Made by a program: the position numbers and the translations under genes
Notes under the pieces: model-generated
The model's input: the letters and a program-made list of their open reading frames with translations, nothing else
What the model was told of the DNA's origin: nothing
Databases searched by the model: none
Assembly (NCBI GenBank): GCA_051294375.1
Contig: CM119265.1
Span: 15,352,963-15,416,962 of the forward strand
Origin: Paraspadella gotoi
Lineage: Eukaryota > Animalia > Chaetognatha
DNA: 64,000 nt
Reading direction: 5' to 3'
Shown: in pieces, positions 23,575 through 37,170 of the stretch
How the letters are laid out: the number at the start of each line of letters is the position of its first letter
How positions within the stretch are numbered: the first letter of the stretch is position 1

Positions 23575-26500
23575 TTTCCCCAAAATAAAACGAGAGAAAA
23601 CAAGTCTGAAAAAGATCTGGGTGACAGGCGTGTGTATTACCAATGTGACTGTTCAAGACAATGCGCGTAATTTAACATTGTATGTATTGTTTAATAATAA
23701 TAGTGCCGAAAATCATCCTCTTCATTAACTTTGCATGTCCATGCATGCACCGTGCACGTGCACTCAACGAAATCACTGAGGGAGAGGGGAGGGTTCAGGG
23801 TTGACAAGCGCTCGCATGCGACCGTAAAGAAAACGAGAAAATTTAAATCAAATGAACCGACGGTTACCGACGTCGTTTTGTTTCCCCTCGAAGAAAAATC
23901 CAGGGAAGAAAAAAGTTACTAAAAAAGGAAAGAATGAGAGAAGGAAAGAAAGAAAGTAAAAAAATGAAAGAAAGAAAGAAGAGAGAACGAAAGAACGAAA
24001 GACTGTTGAAATTAAAAAGAGAGAGAAACCTGAGCAAATAAGAAAGTGAATCCCAGACAAAAGGGAAACGAAAACAAAACAGGCGCCGAATCTAAAGGAA
24101 AAAAATCAGTTTAAAAAAAATAGAAAAACTTGAATAAAAATGAAAGAGATCTAAAGACCTCCAAAGAAGATAATGGGAAAGAGTCTATTTCTATTGTTAA
24201 ATGTCCTAAAAAAAAAATATGGAAGAGAAATTGGGCGGGCCAAACTGAACGATTCTCACAAAATGTCCGTCGGGAAGAAGATGGTAGCTTTATCAAGGTG
24301 GGGAACAGATGTCGTTTGTAAATATTGTATTGGAAATTGGACTATTGGAAAACTGCAATTGTCAATTTATAAATGAATGGATCGCCATAATGGTTGTTTT
24401 TCTTTGGTTAGCGAACCAAAGGAAAACCGTCGCCTTGGCAACCGCGCGCCAACTCTAACGGATTCTTGCGAAAACCAATGACGGACTCCGTTTCAATTCT
24501 CGCAGCTTGCGATCTCCCTTTATTGGATCTCGGACGCAGGAACTGAGGGGAGGGAAGGGTGAGCCTCGTGAAAAATATGTGATATACGGCGCGTGAATTT
24601 TATATCCGACTCGGCTGATAGCTGGTGTTAATTTTGACTACTCAGATATACTACAATATTCAAAAATACATATTTATATAAAAACTGTTTAGTTACCACG
24701 AGGTCAATACGGGTTTCTTGTTTCACATTTAGCGAAAGAATAATACGAACCGAAGAAAGCGCTGGAAAAAAGAGAGAGAGAGAGAAAGAAGGAAAAATAC
24801 GAGCGATAGAAAGAGTAAGAGAGAGAGAGAGCCGCCATTTTTTTGCGGCGGGGTTTCGCTGGAGGTTAAGTTTCCTGTGACGTTGCAGGGCATCGAAGGG
24901 CGTCTCTCTCGGTTGCCAGTGGGCGTGTCCGCGTGGCCGTTGCCGGGTTGGTCGAGAAGAACGGGGAGTCAGGGCGCGCGACTGGGTGGGGAGCCACAAT
25001 GGGAGTGGCCGAGGTCAATTCCAGCTGGATAGCTTTAACTGTTGGACCAGAATGAAGAGACCGGAAAAAAAAGATTTTTTTTTTGGGTGAGTCGCCGGCG
25101 TCGTTTTGAGCCGAGGCGCGCCGATTGGCGGCGTCGAGCGAATTTTGGCGCCGGAGAATCAAAGGTCGAGAAGAGAGAAACTGGGGAGCCTTTTGTACGA
25201 ATGGTTACAATCCTTCTTAGGAACGACAGAGAGCGAATCAAACAGTTTCGGAGATTGCGTCCAACTGTGAGAGAAAGTGATTGATGGGTATGAATGCGAT
25301 CTGGATTTGAACCTGTTAATCCATTAATTTAAATCCATTTATTATATTGCGCGGATTTCATTAACTTATTAGTTGTAAGTTCTATTAGTATTAAGTTTTT
25401 TCGTAATTTTCATTGTTTTTAAACAGCTTTCTCAGTATCATTCGGCAATCTTCCTTCTCAGCTGTCTCTTTCCTGTCTGAATCAGCCTTACTTTCACTGC
25501 CTTTTGTTGCTTTTCAATCTTTCGCCATTTTCGATCTGTTTTCATCATTCTCACTCTTCCCACCTTCGCTTTTCACGATTCCATCCCTTTCTCGCGGATC
25601 CATTGCTTCGCCCGATCGGCCCCGGATGCAATTGGGAACCGAATCCAATTCCATCTTAACTTTTTTATATTTTTTCCCCTTTTTTTAATACTTTTTTAAC
25701 GAGGTTGTTTCCCTGCCTCACACAGAGTCGGGAGTCTGAAAATCGTAACCAAGTTTCTTACTTTTTTTTGGTATAGGATTTTTGGTTGAAGTATTATGTA
25801 GCAAAGATGGAAAATATGCTTTGGAATATTTCAAGTATGCTGCAAAGCATGTAAAGTATGTTCAAACAGCACAGAAAAGCTGGTAAAGAACGTAGTTGCT
25901 TTCACCCAACCAAGAAATGCCATCTTTCGACGGTCTAGAATCCATATCCAAAAAAAGAGAAAAAAAACTAGTTTTTTTCCGGCCAATTTGTTTGTTCAAG
26001 GTTGACTTCTTTTTAACATCCGTTTTAAGTGTGGAAAAACTCTTTCGAAGTGAATGACGTGGGTTTTGTGGTTTCGTGGGTTTTGAGTCGGTTTTTCGTG
26101 GGAGTTTCTGTTTTGCGAGTTCGTTTTCCTTAATCCCTTTTTTTTCGTTCTGTTACGTTTCTCTCAAATTGGACCGAGGCACGTTTGATTTTTCTCTCCC
26201 TTAATTGGTTAGGGTTCCAAAGAATATTTCTTTCGATTTTGCGAGTTAGCCTGGCAGGTCCACTATTATTATTTCATCTTGTCATGTTACAATTTGATTT
26301 TATTACGTGATGTACGTGAACAGCAACGAAAGACAATTTTAATCAACTCTAAACTTCTTCCCAGAATTTTTTACCTAGTCCATCCCGTGAATCGAAACGA
26401 ATTCGGTTTTTTTTTCCTCACTTCCTATTTTCCTATTTTATTTTTCCCCTCTTCCTATTTTCCTATTTTATTTTCCCCCTCCTTCTCTCCTCGTTGCCCA

Positions 26501-29500
26501 AGATCCGCCTGATAATCTTCTCTATTGTGCGAACGCCATGAATTCAATGAGATTCGGTCCCATTTTAACGAAGTCGAATTGCTTCCTTCCAACTACAATT
26601 TCATACGTAACGGTCGTCGTCATCGTCGTCGTAATCGTCATCGTCGTCGTCGTCGGTGTCTAGTTAGAAAATGTCTTCTTTACGACTTTCGCTTCTTTTA
26701 ATCTCGTTTTACTCGTCGTCATGGTCGTCGTCGTCGCAATCTATAGCGTCTTTTTACTGCCACGCAGACTGTCGATGTCTCTTCAACTGTCCGGTTTTTT
26801 TTTTGTTTTTTTTTTGTTTGACTGATCTCTGATTTTCCGGCAGATTCTCTGGTTCGTGTCTCGAATTTCCGGCAACGAATTTCCGCCACCGAGCGAATCT
26901 TATCGCCGCTCATCGGCCGGCAACCCGGCGCCCGTTATCATTCGGCGGCGTCGGACAGGCACTTTCGCCCGTCACGCCTCGTAGCCACCTGGCGAGGAAA
27001 TTCAGTCTCTTCCTCGCCTCGCGCTCTGCCTTATCTCTACCCCATCTTTGCCATTTCCGGCGCGCGTCACGCCTCAGCGCTTACCCATCTCTTTTCTCTT
27101 CTCTTCAACGAAGAACCTTACCCATTAGGCCCGCCGTGTCTCACCACTAACCGAAAAGCCTCTCATTCCTTCTGCACAACGAACAGCACTCTTTGAACCC
27201 AACAGTACACTACACACTAAACACACTGCAAACTATACACTGCATATAACCCGTACTACAAAATAGTACTATCTAGGAAAAAAGTATATAACATTTTTTT
27301 TTAAAAAATCAGAATATTTTCAAATTTACAATGAATTTTTTTTTAGTAGCTTCCTTCCATTTTTTTATAGGTCAAATTGTTTAGAAGTTAGAGGCAAAAA
27401 AATATTATTACTTTAAATTTAAAAAAATCATGTTTAGGTTTTTACCATTTTTGGTATTTAGTTATTTGTTTTTATTTCGAATAGAGTTAGTTATTTTTTT
27501 TATTTTTTTAATTTTGGTAATGCTAAAGGCTTTGCACCTCTTTTTGTTTCAAAAAAGTACTATTATAGTTCTCAGAAAAAAAGGAAAGATGCGCAAAATT
27601 AACATTGGGGCTGAAAAGAATTGCGTTAAAGATGTGAAAAAATATTTCACTATCATACCTCAATTTGCTGTATGCCAAGGAACGGTATACTAAATATTAA
27701 GAATGTTTTACCTATTTTTTGTATACTTTTATTGAATAAATGAATACTTTTATACTTTATACTTTTATACTTTTTTCCTAGTTAGTACATCCTCGCCTAA
27801 GTTATCAATCCTTTTCATCAATTTTTCTCTCCATTCCTCACTCTCCTCTCAACGAAACCCTTTACCATCGCGAGCGATTGGCATATTTTGTCATCCTCCC
27901 ATTTCGCGCCATTTTGCTCGACTCGACGCCACCTGACGTCCACTTTTTCGACGACACGCGCGGTCGTCGTCCGTCATAAACGTCTTGGCGATCGCGCACC
28001 GTTTTTGCCATCCGTCCACTGGCGAATGTCTTTTCTTCGTTGCCATCTCATCCGTGGCCTTCGTACCTCGTTGCCGTCTCCTCGCGCCATCTGCCTCGCC
28101 GACGTCAACGTCACTGTATTCCTCGCACCTGCGCAGCGGATGTCGCTTTACTTCCCCTTCCTCTTTCTCCTCCCCTCCCCCTCTTTTTTTTCCCCGCTCG
28201 AAACCTATTTCTTTGGGTCTCGCACCTGGCCTTGTCGTCTTCTTCCCCGCGTGTCGGCACCCGTCCTTCGCATCTCCCTCTCGGGAGGCGTCGGCATCGG
28301 ATGCCTCCAAAGACGTGACTCGGATGCAGATGAGATTTCGTCACGACGACATTGGCGACGAAAGCGATCGCGAATATGACGACGATGATGATAACGACGA
28401 TGACGACGGACGATTATCGAAGTCTGTGAGGCTGACGAGTGATTGTGATCACGTCTCGCGATGAAAATTTCAAAAAATCAAGGCAGAACGAGAAAATAGT
28501 AGGATTTTTTTTTTTTTTAACTCAAAGTTTCTCGCGTCTTTCTAGATGTAATTCCACTTTGACCGATTTCCGCTCCGATAAGTTTTCTTCCCCTCAGACG
28601 ACCAACCACGTTTCTAGTCAATGAAATCTCGACGCCAATTTTTACTTGTGTCATTGACCCTCGGACGATTTCCACTGTCCTTGTCTCTCAACACCCCCCC
28701 CTTAACCATCCCTTTTTTTTTCAAAAGTCCCGTCATCCCGTCATCCCGTCGTCGAAGTCGTCGGCGAATCGGCCGGACGACCGGCCCCAGCGACCGGGAA
28801 AAAATCCGCCTCTGAAATTCAAATGACGTCTTTCAATTTATTTTGCAATTATGCGCGTTTGACGACGTCACGAACCAAAATAGAATCCCGGTCGCGAGCT
28901 TTTTTTTTTCTTTTTAATTCCACCCTTTCACACCGTGAGAACGAAAAAGAGAGGACGTGAGTTTCTTCTTTTTTTTTTATTCTTTGGTTAAATTTAATTC
29001 ATGGCTTCTATTTTACTTTGTACGTGGTGGTGGGAAAAGAAAAAAAAAACTTTGAATGCCTCCTTACATTATTTATGATCCCAGTTTTATCATTTTTAAA
29101 GCCGCCGATAATCCGTAAATTTATTAAATCTCGAATGTCGCGCGAAACTTGTAACCTTGGCAACGAGGCTACATCGTTTATCGGGAAATAAAAGAAAAAC
29201 ATAAAGAGAGAAAAGGAGAGAAAATTGTCAACGCCCTCCGATGGCCTCAAAAATGAGGAAAAAGTGCGAGACTCTCACTGAGTCAAAAACGAAGCGAGCT
29301 CTGGCGCGCGTAAACATTCCAATGGCTCCTAAACTCTCCGCTTTACGGCCTCGAAAATTAAGTCTTCAAACGTCGTCGTCGCTGTCGTCGTCCCTTTCGT
29401 CGTCGTTTTACCGTCAAAATACTTAAAAACTGCCGCCTTTCAAGTCGGGACGCTAACGCCTTCCATTCCTTGTCGCCCTCCCGTTTTCTGAGCGACACCC

Positions 29501-32500
29501 TCGTCCACCACTCCGAGCCCCACCTACCCTTCCAGCTCTTAAACTCGTCCAACCCTGCTCGCTCAACTTGTCTCGACTCTTTTCCGCCTCCCCAGGTTTT
29601 TATATGTTTTTGTTTTGTTTGCCACTTAGAAGGAATGTTTTGGTTCTCCATTGTTGTGTTCCCCTTTTCTGAGAAATGGCGGATTTCAATCGGTGCGGCG
29701 GAAAAAGGAAAAGGGAGAAGGAAGCGGGCGGAGTCGGGGCGAGCTAGCGGGTGCCGGGCGAGCGGATCCCGGGCGGACGGCGGGCGAGCGGGTGCCGGGG
29801 GCGGGCGAAGACCGCCTCCTATTCACTTTCGCCGTCTTCCATAAATGGATTCATCTTTAACACGTTTAAGAAGAAGAGTTGGTTAGAGAAGGAGGAAGAG
29901 GAGGAAGAGGAGGAAATGGAGGAAAGGATCCCGTTTAACCCTCGTCACTTGTAGGACGAGATGGAGAGAAGGATGGATGATGATTCAAGAATTAGAATAT
30001 TAAGACGAGAGAGAAATTCGGACATTTTATGACATAAATTAAGTGGAGACTTTCTTGTAGTTTGACCATCTTGATCTGAAGTTACTATGCAGAACCGAGA
30101 GATTCAGTCTCAAATTATGCGCCTTTCGACTCATGCCTCATCAAGACAGGGGACAAGCCACAACTCGCAGATGAGAAAGGGGTTTTCACCAATCGGACGG
30201 GGTGTTTAAGAGTTGTGGCGCCAATGAACGTGCGTTTTGAACTCGAAAGAATCGTTGGAGGTATGTAAAGACGTGACGTGGATTAAAGATGGCGTCTAGG
30301 ACTGCGGGTGGCTCTCGGGTTGGAGCGTCTGTCAATAGAGGCGTGTCGTCTATCCGCTTCCGCCCTCTCCCGGGATTTTCTCAATATTTTATTCGAATAT
30401 AAAAAAAAATCGTTTCCTTTGGAAATTTCATCGGGTGCTTTTATTTGCTTTCGTTAAATTCAGAAGTAATTCGATTTTCCCGGTTTCTCTATTATCCGAC
30501 TTTTCTGCCAGTCCGTGCCGCCCTTCCCTTTTCCCTCCTCCTATTCACGAGTTTCCGTCTCATCTTTCCCTACGAGTCCCACTCGGGCCCATTCACTCCC
30601 GACCCCCCGACCCCCTTCACATCTTTCTTTCTCGTTTTTCTCCTTTTCTCCCCACTCCCTCTTTTCTCCTACCCGCAATTTTTCAAAAAACATTCGGCTA
30701 GAAATGGAAAAAATTCTAAAACTCTCTCGTCCTACCACGTCGACGCTTTGCGATTTTTTCGTTTCATCCTCTCTGCCTTTCGTGGAGTTCGTCGCCACGC
30801 CTACTTTTGAGTCGCTCGATTCAACGTCAATCTTTTTACTTCTTCTGCCTCTTACTGTTGTTCCACGTAAAAACGGAGTAATTCTCGAAACCGTTTGCGG
30901 ATCATTTTATCCCTTTAGAATCTACAATAACTTCGATTCGGTTTATTAAGTTTAATTGCTTTGCCCGTTTATTAAATGGTTATTAATATTTTTAAAAATC
31001 TGTTTTAATTCTACTTGTCTGCCCCCGTCTTTATCCCTCGAGTTACTAATTCCAAAAACGATCCATCCCCACATTCATCTCAAACTCTCCTCCCGCTTTC
31101 TCCAGCTTCAAATTTCTACACCCAAGTCACCCATTTACCTAGCGCCGCCAACGTCTCCACGCACCCCGGTCCGGCGTCTCGCTCGAGATAAGGCTGCGTC
31201 CACGACGCGTCGGCGTCTCTCTCGCGCGACCCCGGGACGACGAAACGTTTTACGCTGGCGCATGCGCGTGCATATCGAAAATAAAACGTTCTCGTTGTCG
31301 GCGGATGGCGGCAGAAGGCGGCAGCGACGCCGCCGGCGATTACAGCGTTGGTTGCGGCTGTGGCGCCGGCTAATGCGGTGACAAGGGAGGCGGTGGCGAA
31401 AGCGGAAACGATGGCACCGAACGCGGGCGGCGCCGATAGCGGTAGAGACGACGGCCGCGCCCTCTATTTTCGCTTCGTCGACGAATTGAGGACGCTCGGT
31501 GGGATGGTGGGGGGGATGAGAGGAATGCGAACAGTTATGAGGTGAAGGGCTGGGGAGATTCAAGACGCAGAATAAGGGGAGATATGCACGAGAAGGTAGA
31601 AGCGATGAAAAAGCCAATGAATTATGGACGGTCAAATTTGTAAAACCGTGGAAAGATCGAAGGGATTTTGTGAAATACCGGGAAAATAAGACCCTTGAAA
31701 GATTGGGAAGTGTTTGGCGAACTGGGGCGAGGATTCACGGATGTAGCCCAACGGTTTCCGACTCGTGGGTATTGCGGTCATGGTGTGCCGGCTCCGGCTA
31801 CGGCCGCCACGTCTAAACAGGATGTCGGGCGCCTCGGCCGAATACGATGAGAACGTCGGGGGCGGCGGTTGTTTCGGTCGAGATCGGTGACCGGAAATGA
31901 AGTAGTTGACGAGCGAAAAGCGAAACGTCATCTCGTGACCCGAAAGGGAAGCGAATTGAGGACGTCCGAGTCGTCGTCGTCATCGTCGTCGTCTTCATCT
32001 TCTGACCCGGAAGAAAAGGGAATTGAAGACGTCTCTCTCGGTTGGTCCGAGTAACCGTCATCATTTTATACTATTTTCCTCTTGTATGAAATTGGTACAA
32101 CGAATATAAAAATTATCCATTCATTAATTAATAAATAAAGCTTTCTTGTCCCAGACCCTAACCCTGACCGAGTCGGATCGACATCCACGTTTCTCAGTCG
32201 CGGTTTCTGCACTCAAGTTTCTCGTCTTCATTTTTGTCGTCGTCGTCGTCGTCGTCGTCGTCCCCAATTTGTTCTTCATCGACGTCGTCGTCGTTTTCTC
32301 CCCGATACCGAGGACGAATCCCTCGGCGACCTTCGACCCCGCAGCGAATAAAGTTGTCATGGTTTCCGCGGAAGAAGTAATCGTGTCAAAGCGGAAACGT
32401 GGGGAGAAATTCAGAATTTCCCAACATCGCTTCTCGTTTCTTGAGTGAGAGGAGAAAAAAAATCGTGAAAAGTGAGACGAGGAAAAGGGAATTTTTTCAC

Positions 32501-33440
32501 GCATAATATATGAACAATAATTTGAAACATGCATATATTTTAAATTTCTTTTTTTTTTTCTTTTTTTTTATACGATAGTCATGTTTTGCTTCCCTTCGCA
32601 CCAGATTGATTTGAGACTGGACGACTCAGTTTCTCTAAATTTCGATCGATTTTCTCAATCCTCATTCAAATCTTATTTATTTAATCTTATTATGTTCCGT
32701 TTCTTGTTTATTGTAACACAAATTTAGTATTAGTCAACCGGATATAAAAAAAACGAAACGTTGAAACTTCTCGTGTTTGCGATCGTAATTATCGGCGCCA
32801 TCTTCCCGGTTCCGCGTCGGTTACGGCGTCGCGCGCCGCCGCCTACGCCGTCGCGCGCCATCTAAGCGCCGGACGGCGTGATGGGTTTTTAATGAGCTCT
32901 CACAACCGCCGGTGTCACGCCAACGTGAGCGTGCCAACGTTTCTTGCAGCGGCGATCGTCACGTGATCCCCATGTTATTGTCATGAAATGACGACAAACT
33001 TCAAAAAATTCATGAAGCGCACGACGAGGGAAAAAAATTGTTGGGACGAGGATTTACGAGGATGAGCGGGAAAAATAAAATCTGGGAGGAGAGGGGGAAA
33101 AGTGAGAGGAAGGTTTGTGAGAAGTTGAAGAAGGAAAAAATTGGGCTGAGGAAATGCGAAAGGTCTTCTCAAAAAGTATTTTTCACTCAGGCCGAAAAGG
33201 AACACAACAAAAGTTCATTTTTCAACTTAAAGGTTTTGTAATCTGTGTCCTACATGTTTTTATAATTCTATGATTAACGACAAAATAAAATCAATTCCTC
33301 AAGACGAAAACTGTCACTGTGACTGAATATAGTTGAGACAACAGTTCAAAAACTCTCTCTCAGGTCATTTCCATTCCACTTTCTGTCACGTAATTTTTTT
33401 TTTCTCGTCTCTTATTTTCTTTTACGCGCTGGCGATAATC
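23575..33440 (+). repeat. Direct copy C (matches ~6240-15912), continuous with the unique sequence to its right
   Basis: ttccccaaaataaaacgagagaaaacaag matches ~6243. tttacgcgctggcgataatc matches the end of copy A. Confidence 0.97.
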
Positions 33441-34960
33441 TCTTTGACGAGCGGCGAATGACGGGAGATCGCTGATAGGTAATGGGATTTTTTTTTCTTC
33501 TTATCGCTAATGGCCTCGTGAATGGAATTTACATAGTGACATTACGTAATTTTCCGAATCGTTTATCGAGAATTTTTTTTTTTTGGAAATATCAGTTCTT
33601 GGCCTTCACACTTAACATGTACATTGTACAGTGAACAGTAAACACGGTAGACTGTAAACTGTAAACTGTAGAGGGAACATAGTAGATAAACAGCCTTGGT
33701 CCTTGGATGACAAAAACTGATTGTCGAAGTAACATATATTGCGCTTTAAAAAATGTTTGAGATGAGACGGGGTCGTGAGGAGGCGGCTGCGTATTGCAAA
33801 ACGGAGGCGTTTGAGCGTTTACAATAGACTCGGGGCGCGTGACGCTTCTCAAACTCCTTTGAGCCATCATCGTGGAAGACGTGGATGTCGATACGCCACT
33901 ACTTCCGTAGAGGAGAGAGAGAGAGAGCGAAAGTTTTCCGATACGCATTATTGGCTCGTAGTCTCCGCAGGAAAGGGAAGAAGAGAGACTCAAAAAAGGG
34001 CGAACCAGAGGGAGAGGGAAGTAAAGGGAGGAGGGAGGAAGAAAAGGTGGAGACTCGAGATGTGAAAAGGAGAAACAATGAGAAAGAGGAAGAGAGATAG
34101 ACAATAACCGGAGAGAGGTCGGGAGAATTGTGGGTAGGAAAAAGAGAACGGGGCTTTAACAGAAAAGAATGAAATGATAGGGATAAATGGAAATGTAAAA
34201 GAAGAGATGGGGGAAAGAAAAAGGTTTTCAGAGAGAGGATGAGTCGAAAAAAGAAATGGCGACCAATGGGTAGCGGGCCAAAAGTTGATGGGGAGAGACG
34301 AGGAAGAGGGAAAAGACGGAGTAGGCGAGGAACGATTACGAGCTTCAGGAGAGAAATTAAGAAGATTTAAGACACGAATGTTTTTCTCGGGTCTGGAAGC
34401 GCCCCCCGAAATTGCTGCAAGGTTGCCGCAAATTTGCGGCGAAGTTTCTGAAGGCCGAGATGATTGGCAATACACGAAAATTGTGGACATAATGTGCATG
34501 TAACGAATAGTTCAATGTGAAAGGTAACACGTTTTTAGTTTATATGAGGGAAAAAATATGAAATTTTGTTTGAATTTTTTTTTCCCCGACTTGTTGGGAA
34601 CGGCGATTGGGTTGACACCGGAACAAACTGCCTCCTCTGATATAAGTATAGTAATCATATGGGTAAAAAAATTATTTTCGTTTTTTCGTGGTCGTCATTC
34701 GAATCTCGTCATAAACCATTTGGGCATATTAGATTAATCCCAATATCTACCACACTGAAGATGACAATGACAAGCAGCCTTTAGAGAGTTTAGTACGTGC
34801 GTACACGACTCTTCATAGTTCCAGTTAAACTCAGATTCAAAAATAGAGTAGGAATAAGGAGCAAGCGAGAAAGAGAACGGCTCGTTGATCCTCAAAAACC
34901 GACCTGTTGAATGCGAGAAGATTTTCATGAGTTTTTATGGAACAAAAAGATGAAAGAAAG

Positions 34961-35010
<50 letters not shown>

Positions 35011-35183
35011 TGACGGCGGAGGCGAGAGAGTCGAGAGAAAACCCATGACTTTCAATCTGCTCTGCCAGCGATGATTATTCAAAATGCGTTCTTAGCGGAA
35101 ATTGCGCTGCCACTTCACACGATTTCTCGGAGAGAGCGCGAAATTTTTTATGCTAACGAGGCCTTGAATTTGCATAAAACGAA

Positions 35184-35235
<52 letters not shown>

Positions 35236-35345
35236 TTGTTGATTGCGACGGATTTTCCAGGCCGTGGTTTTCGGTTTCGCATTTCCGAAATTCGACGCCG
35301 GTTTTTATTTTCCCCCTCGACGACCGCGCCGACCGTTAACGTTAA

Positions 35346-35380
<35 letters not shown>

Positions 35381-35672
35381 CCTCTCTCTCTCTCTTACTC
35401 TCACCATGTCGCTCCCTCACTTTCTTGCTGTACGACTCCCAAAGAGGCTGATTAAACGTCGTCGCTTTGTGATTCGAATATCGCGTATAATCCTAAACAA
35501 AAAAGTTCACAGTATTATTCTCCAACTTGATTCAATTTGAGGTCGATCTCGCTCTCCCTCTCGCTCTCCCTCTCGCTGACCAAAACTGTTCCGGCCACTT
35601 TATCTTTCTTTCTCGCTTCTTCTTTTTTTTTCTTCTTAAACCAAAAAACCTCCTCAGTTTCTCTTCTCTAAC

Positions 35673-36126
35673 CTCAATTTAGAGACTGAATTATCGGGCG
35701 CCCATCCGCTGGAAAGTGGGGAAATAATGGGCCCGGCGGTGACTCTCCTCTTCCCTCCCCCTTTCCGCCCCCCCCCCCTTTCCGAATCGCAGTCCCGTCC
35801 CTCGCCATCTCCTCGTTCCCCATTCTATCAATTCTCCCATCCCCTCATGGCGTTCCCCATCCCCTCGCTCCTTACTCCTCACTTCTCTCATAATCCTCAC
35901 CCTTTCCCCCTCTCCCTAATTCCCCCATTCCCATTCTTTTCTTCCCCTCTTTCCTCCCCATCCCCTTCTCTCCCCCTCCCTATCCTTTCTCTTCACCAGA
36001 AAGTAGGGAAATAATGTGGCCGGCGGCGAGTCGCAATCGCCGGCCGGGGACGCTGGGGTTGTTGGGGTGGAGACGAAGGCTTCGCGGCCGAGAGGGCGTT
36101 GGCGGAGGATTTCGAAATGTTAACGG
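35673..36126 (-). other. Candidate exon pair (36126-35997 and 35708-35673) of an unidentified gene
   Basis: GT-AG boundaries with consistent phase. Spliced peptide: VNISKSSANALSAAKPSSPPQQPQRPRPAIATRRRPHYFPTFCGWAPDNSVSKL. Confidence 0.3.
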
Positions 36127-37170
36127 CTAAAATGGTACTGTCGTCGTCGTTGGCGTCGTCGTCGTTGTTGTTAGTGTTCAAATTTTAGTTTCAGTGTATG
36201 CCCGTGTTGAGAAAATGAAAGTTTGGATGTAGTAGATTGAAAAGTCAAGTTTTGTAAAAGTGATTCTCCGGCCGTTCCTGTGAAGTCCTCCCTCTCTCTC
36301 TCTCTCACTCTGTCTCTCTCTCTCTCTCAGTGACTCTGAGATTCGCCCGAGATTTTCCCGACAACATGGGGACAGCTCGTCAGACTTTAGGCTTTAAAAT
36401 ACGACAGCTTAAGACGTTAAACACAAATTGAAATCTCTCAATTCTTTCTCGTTAATCCCTTGTATGACTTTCGTAAGCGAATAACCCCGTCATTCGAGTA
36501 TTCCCCGCAGAGACCAGAACCAGAAAGACTCGAATCGGCCCCGAACCCAGCGTTTCTCCGTCTCGCTAAGATTTCGAGCATGTGAATCCCCCATTGTAGC
36601 AGTGGGTCTTGCTAAGGGAGAGTGAGTGGTGAAGAAATGAGTCTCACTCCTCCCCTCCCTCCTTTTGGTCTCGATGTCGAGTCAGGACGAAAAGAAAGAC
36701 GGGATCGCTGTTCCTCTGTGGACGAAGGAAAGGGCAGAGTCGGTGCTGAGGCAAGACAGTGTAACAGTAGGGGAGGAAAAGAGAGAGAGTGAGAGAAGGA
36801 GAGAAAGAAAGAGAGCGAAAGGGTTTTTATTGACTGGCCATTGCGTAGAATGAGAGGCGACGGAATTTGTGGCGACAAAGCGTCGACGTCAGCGTTGCTG
36901 TTGGCTTTGGCGTCGCCGTTGGCGTTTCTGTTGGCGTTGCCGTTGGTTTTAGCGTCGACGTTGGCCTTGCAGTTGTTTTAGTACCTCTTAACGGTTGCGG
37001 ACTTTTTTTTTTTCTCGTTCGGAGAATATTGACGAAAAAATGGAAGAGCGAAGAGTGGTCTCGGCGAAGTTTTTTTTTTTTTCTGTTTTTTTTTCCTCGT
37101 GATGAGTCCGTTTTTAGTCGCAGTTTTTAACACCCGATTGTCTCTTGGAAAAAGAAAAAATTGAATTAAG

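Noticed and set aside
31250-31460. GPCR TM1-like hydrophobic frame on the minus strand (AFGAIVSAFATASLVTALAGATAATNAVIAGG)
   Set aside because: Ala/Gly richness follows from GCC/GGC composition, and no further TM helices or GPCR motifs follow.
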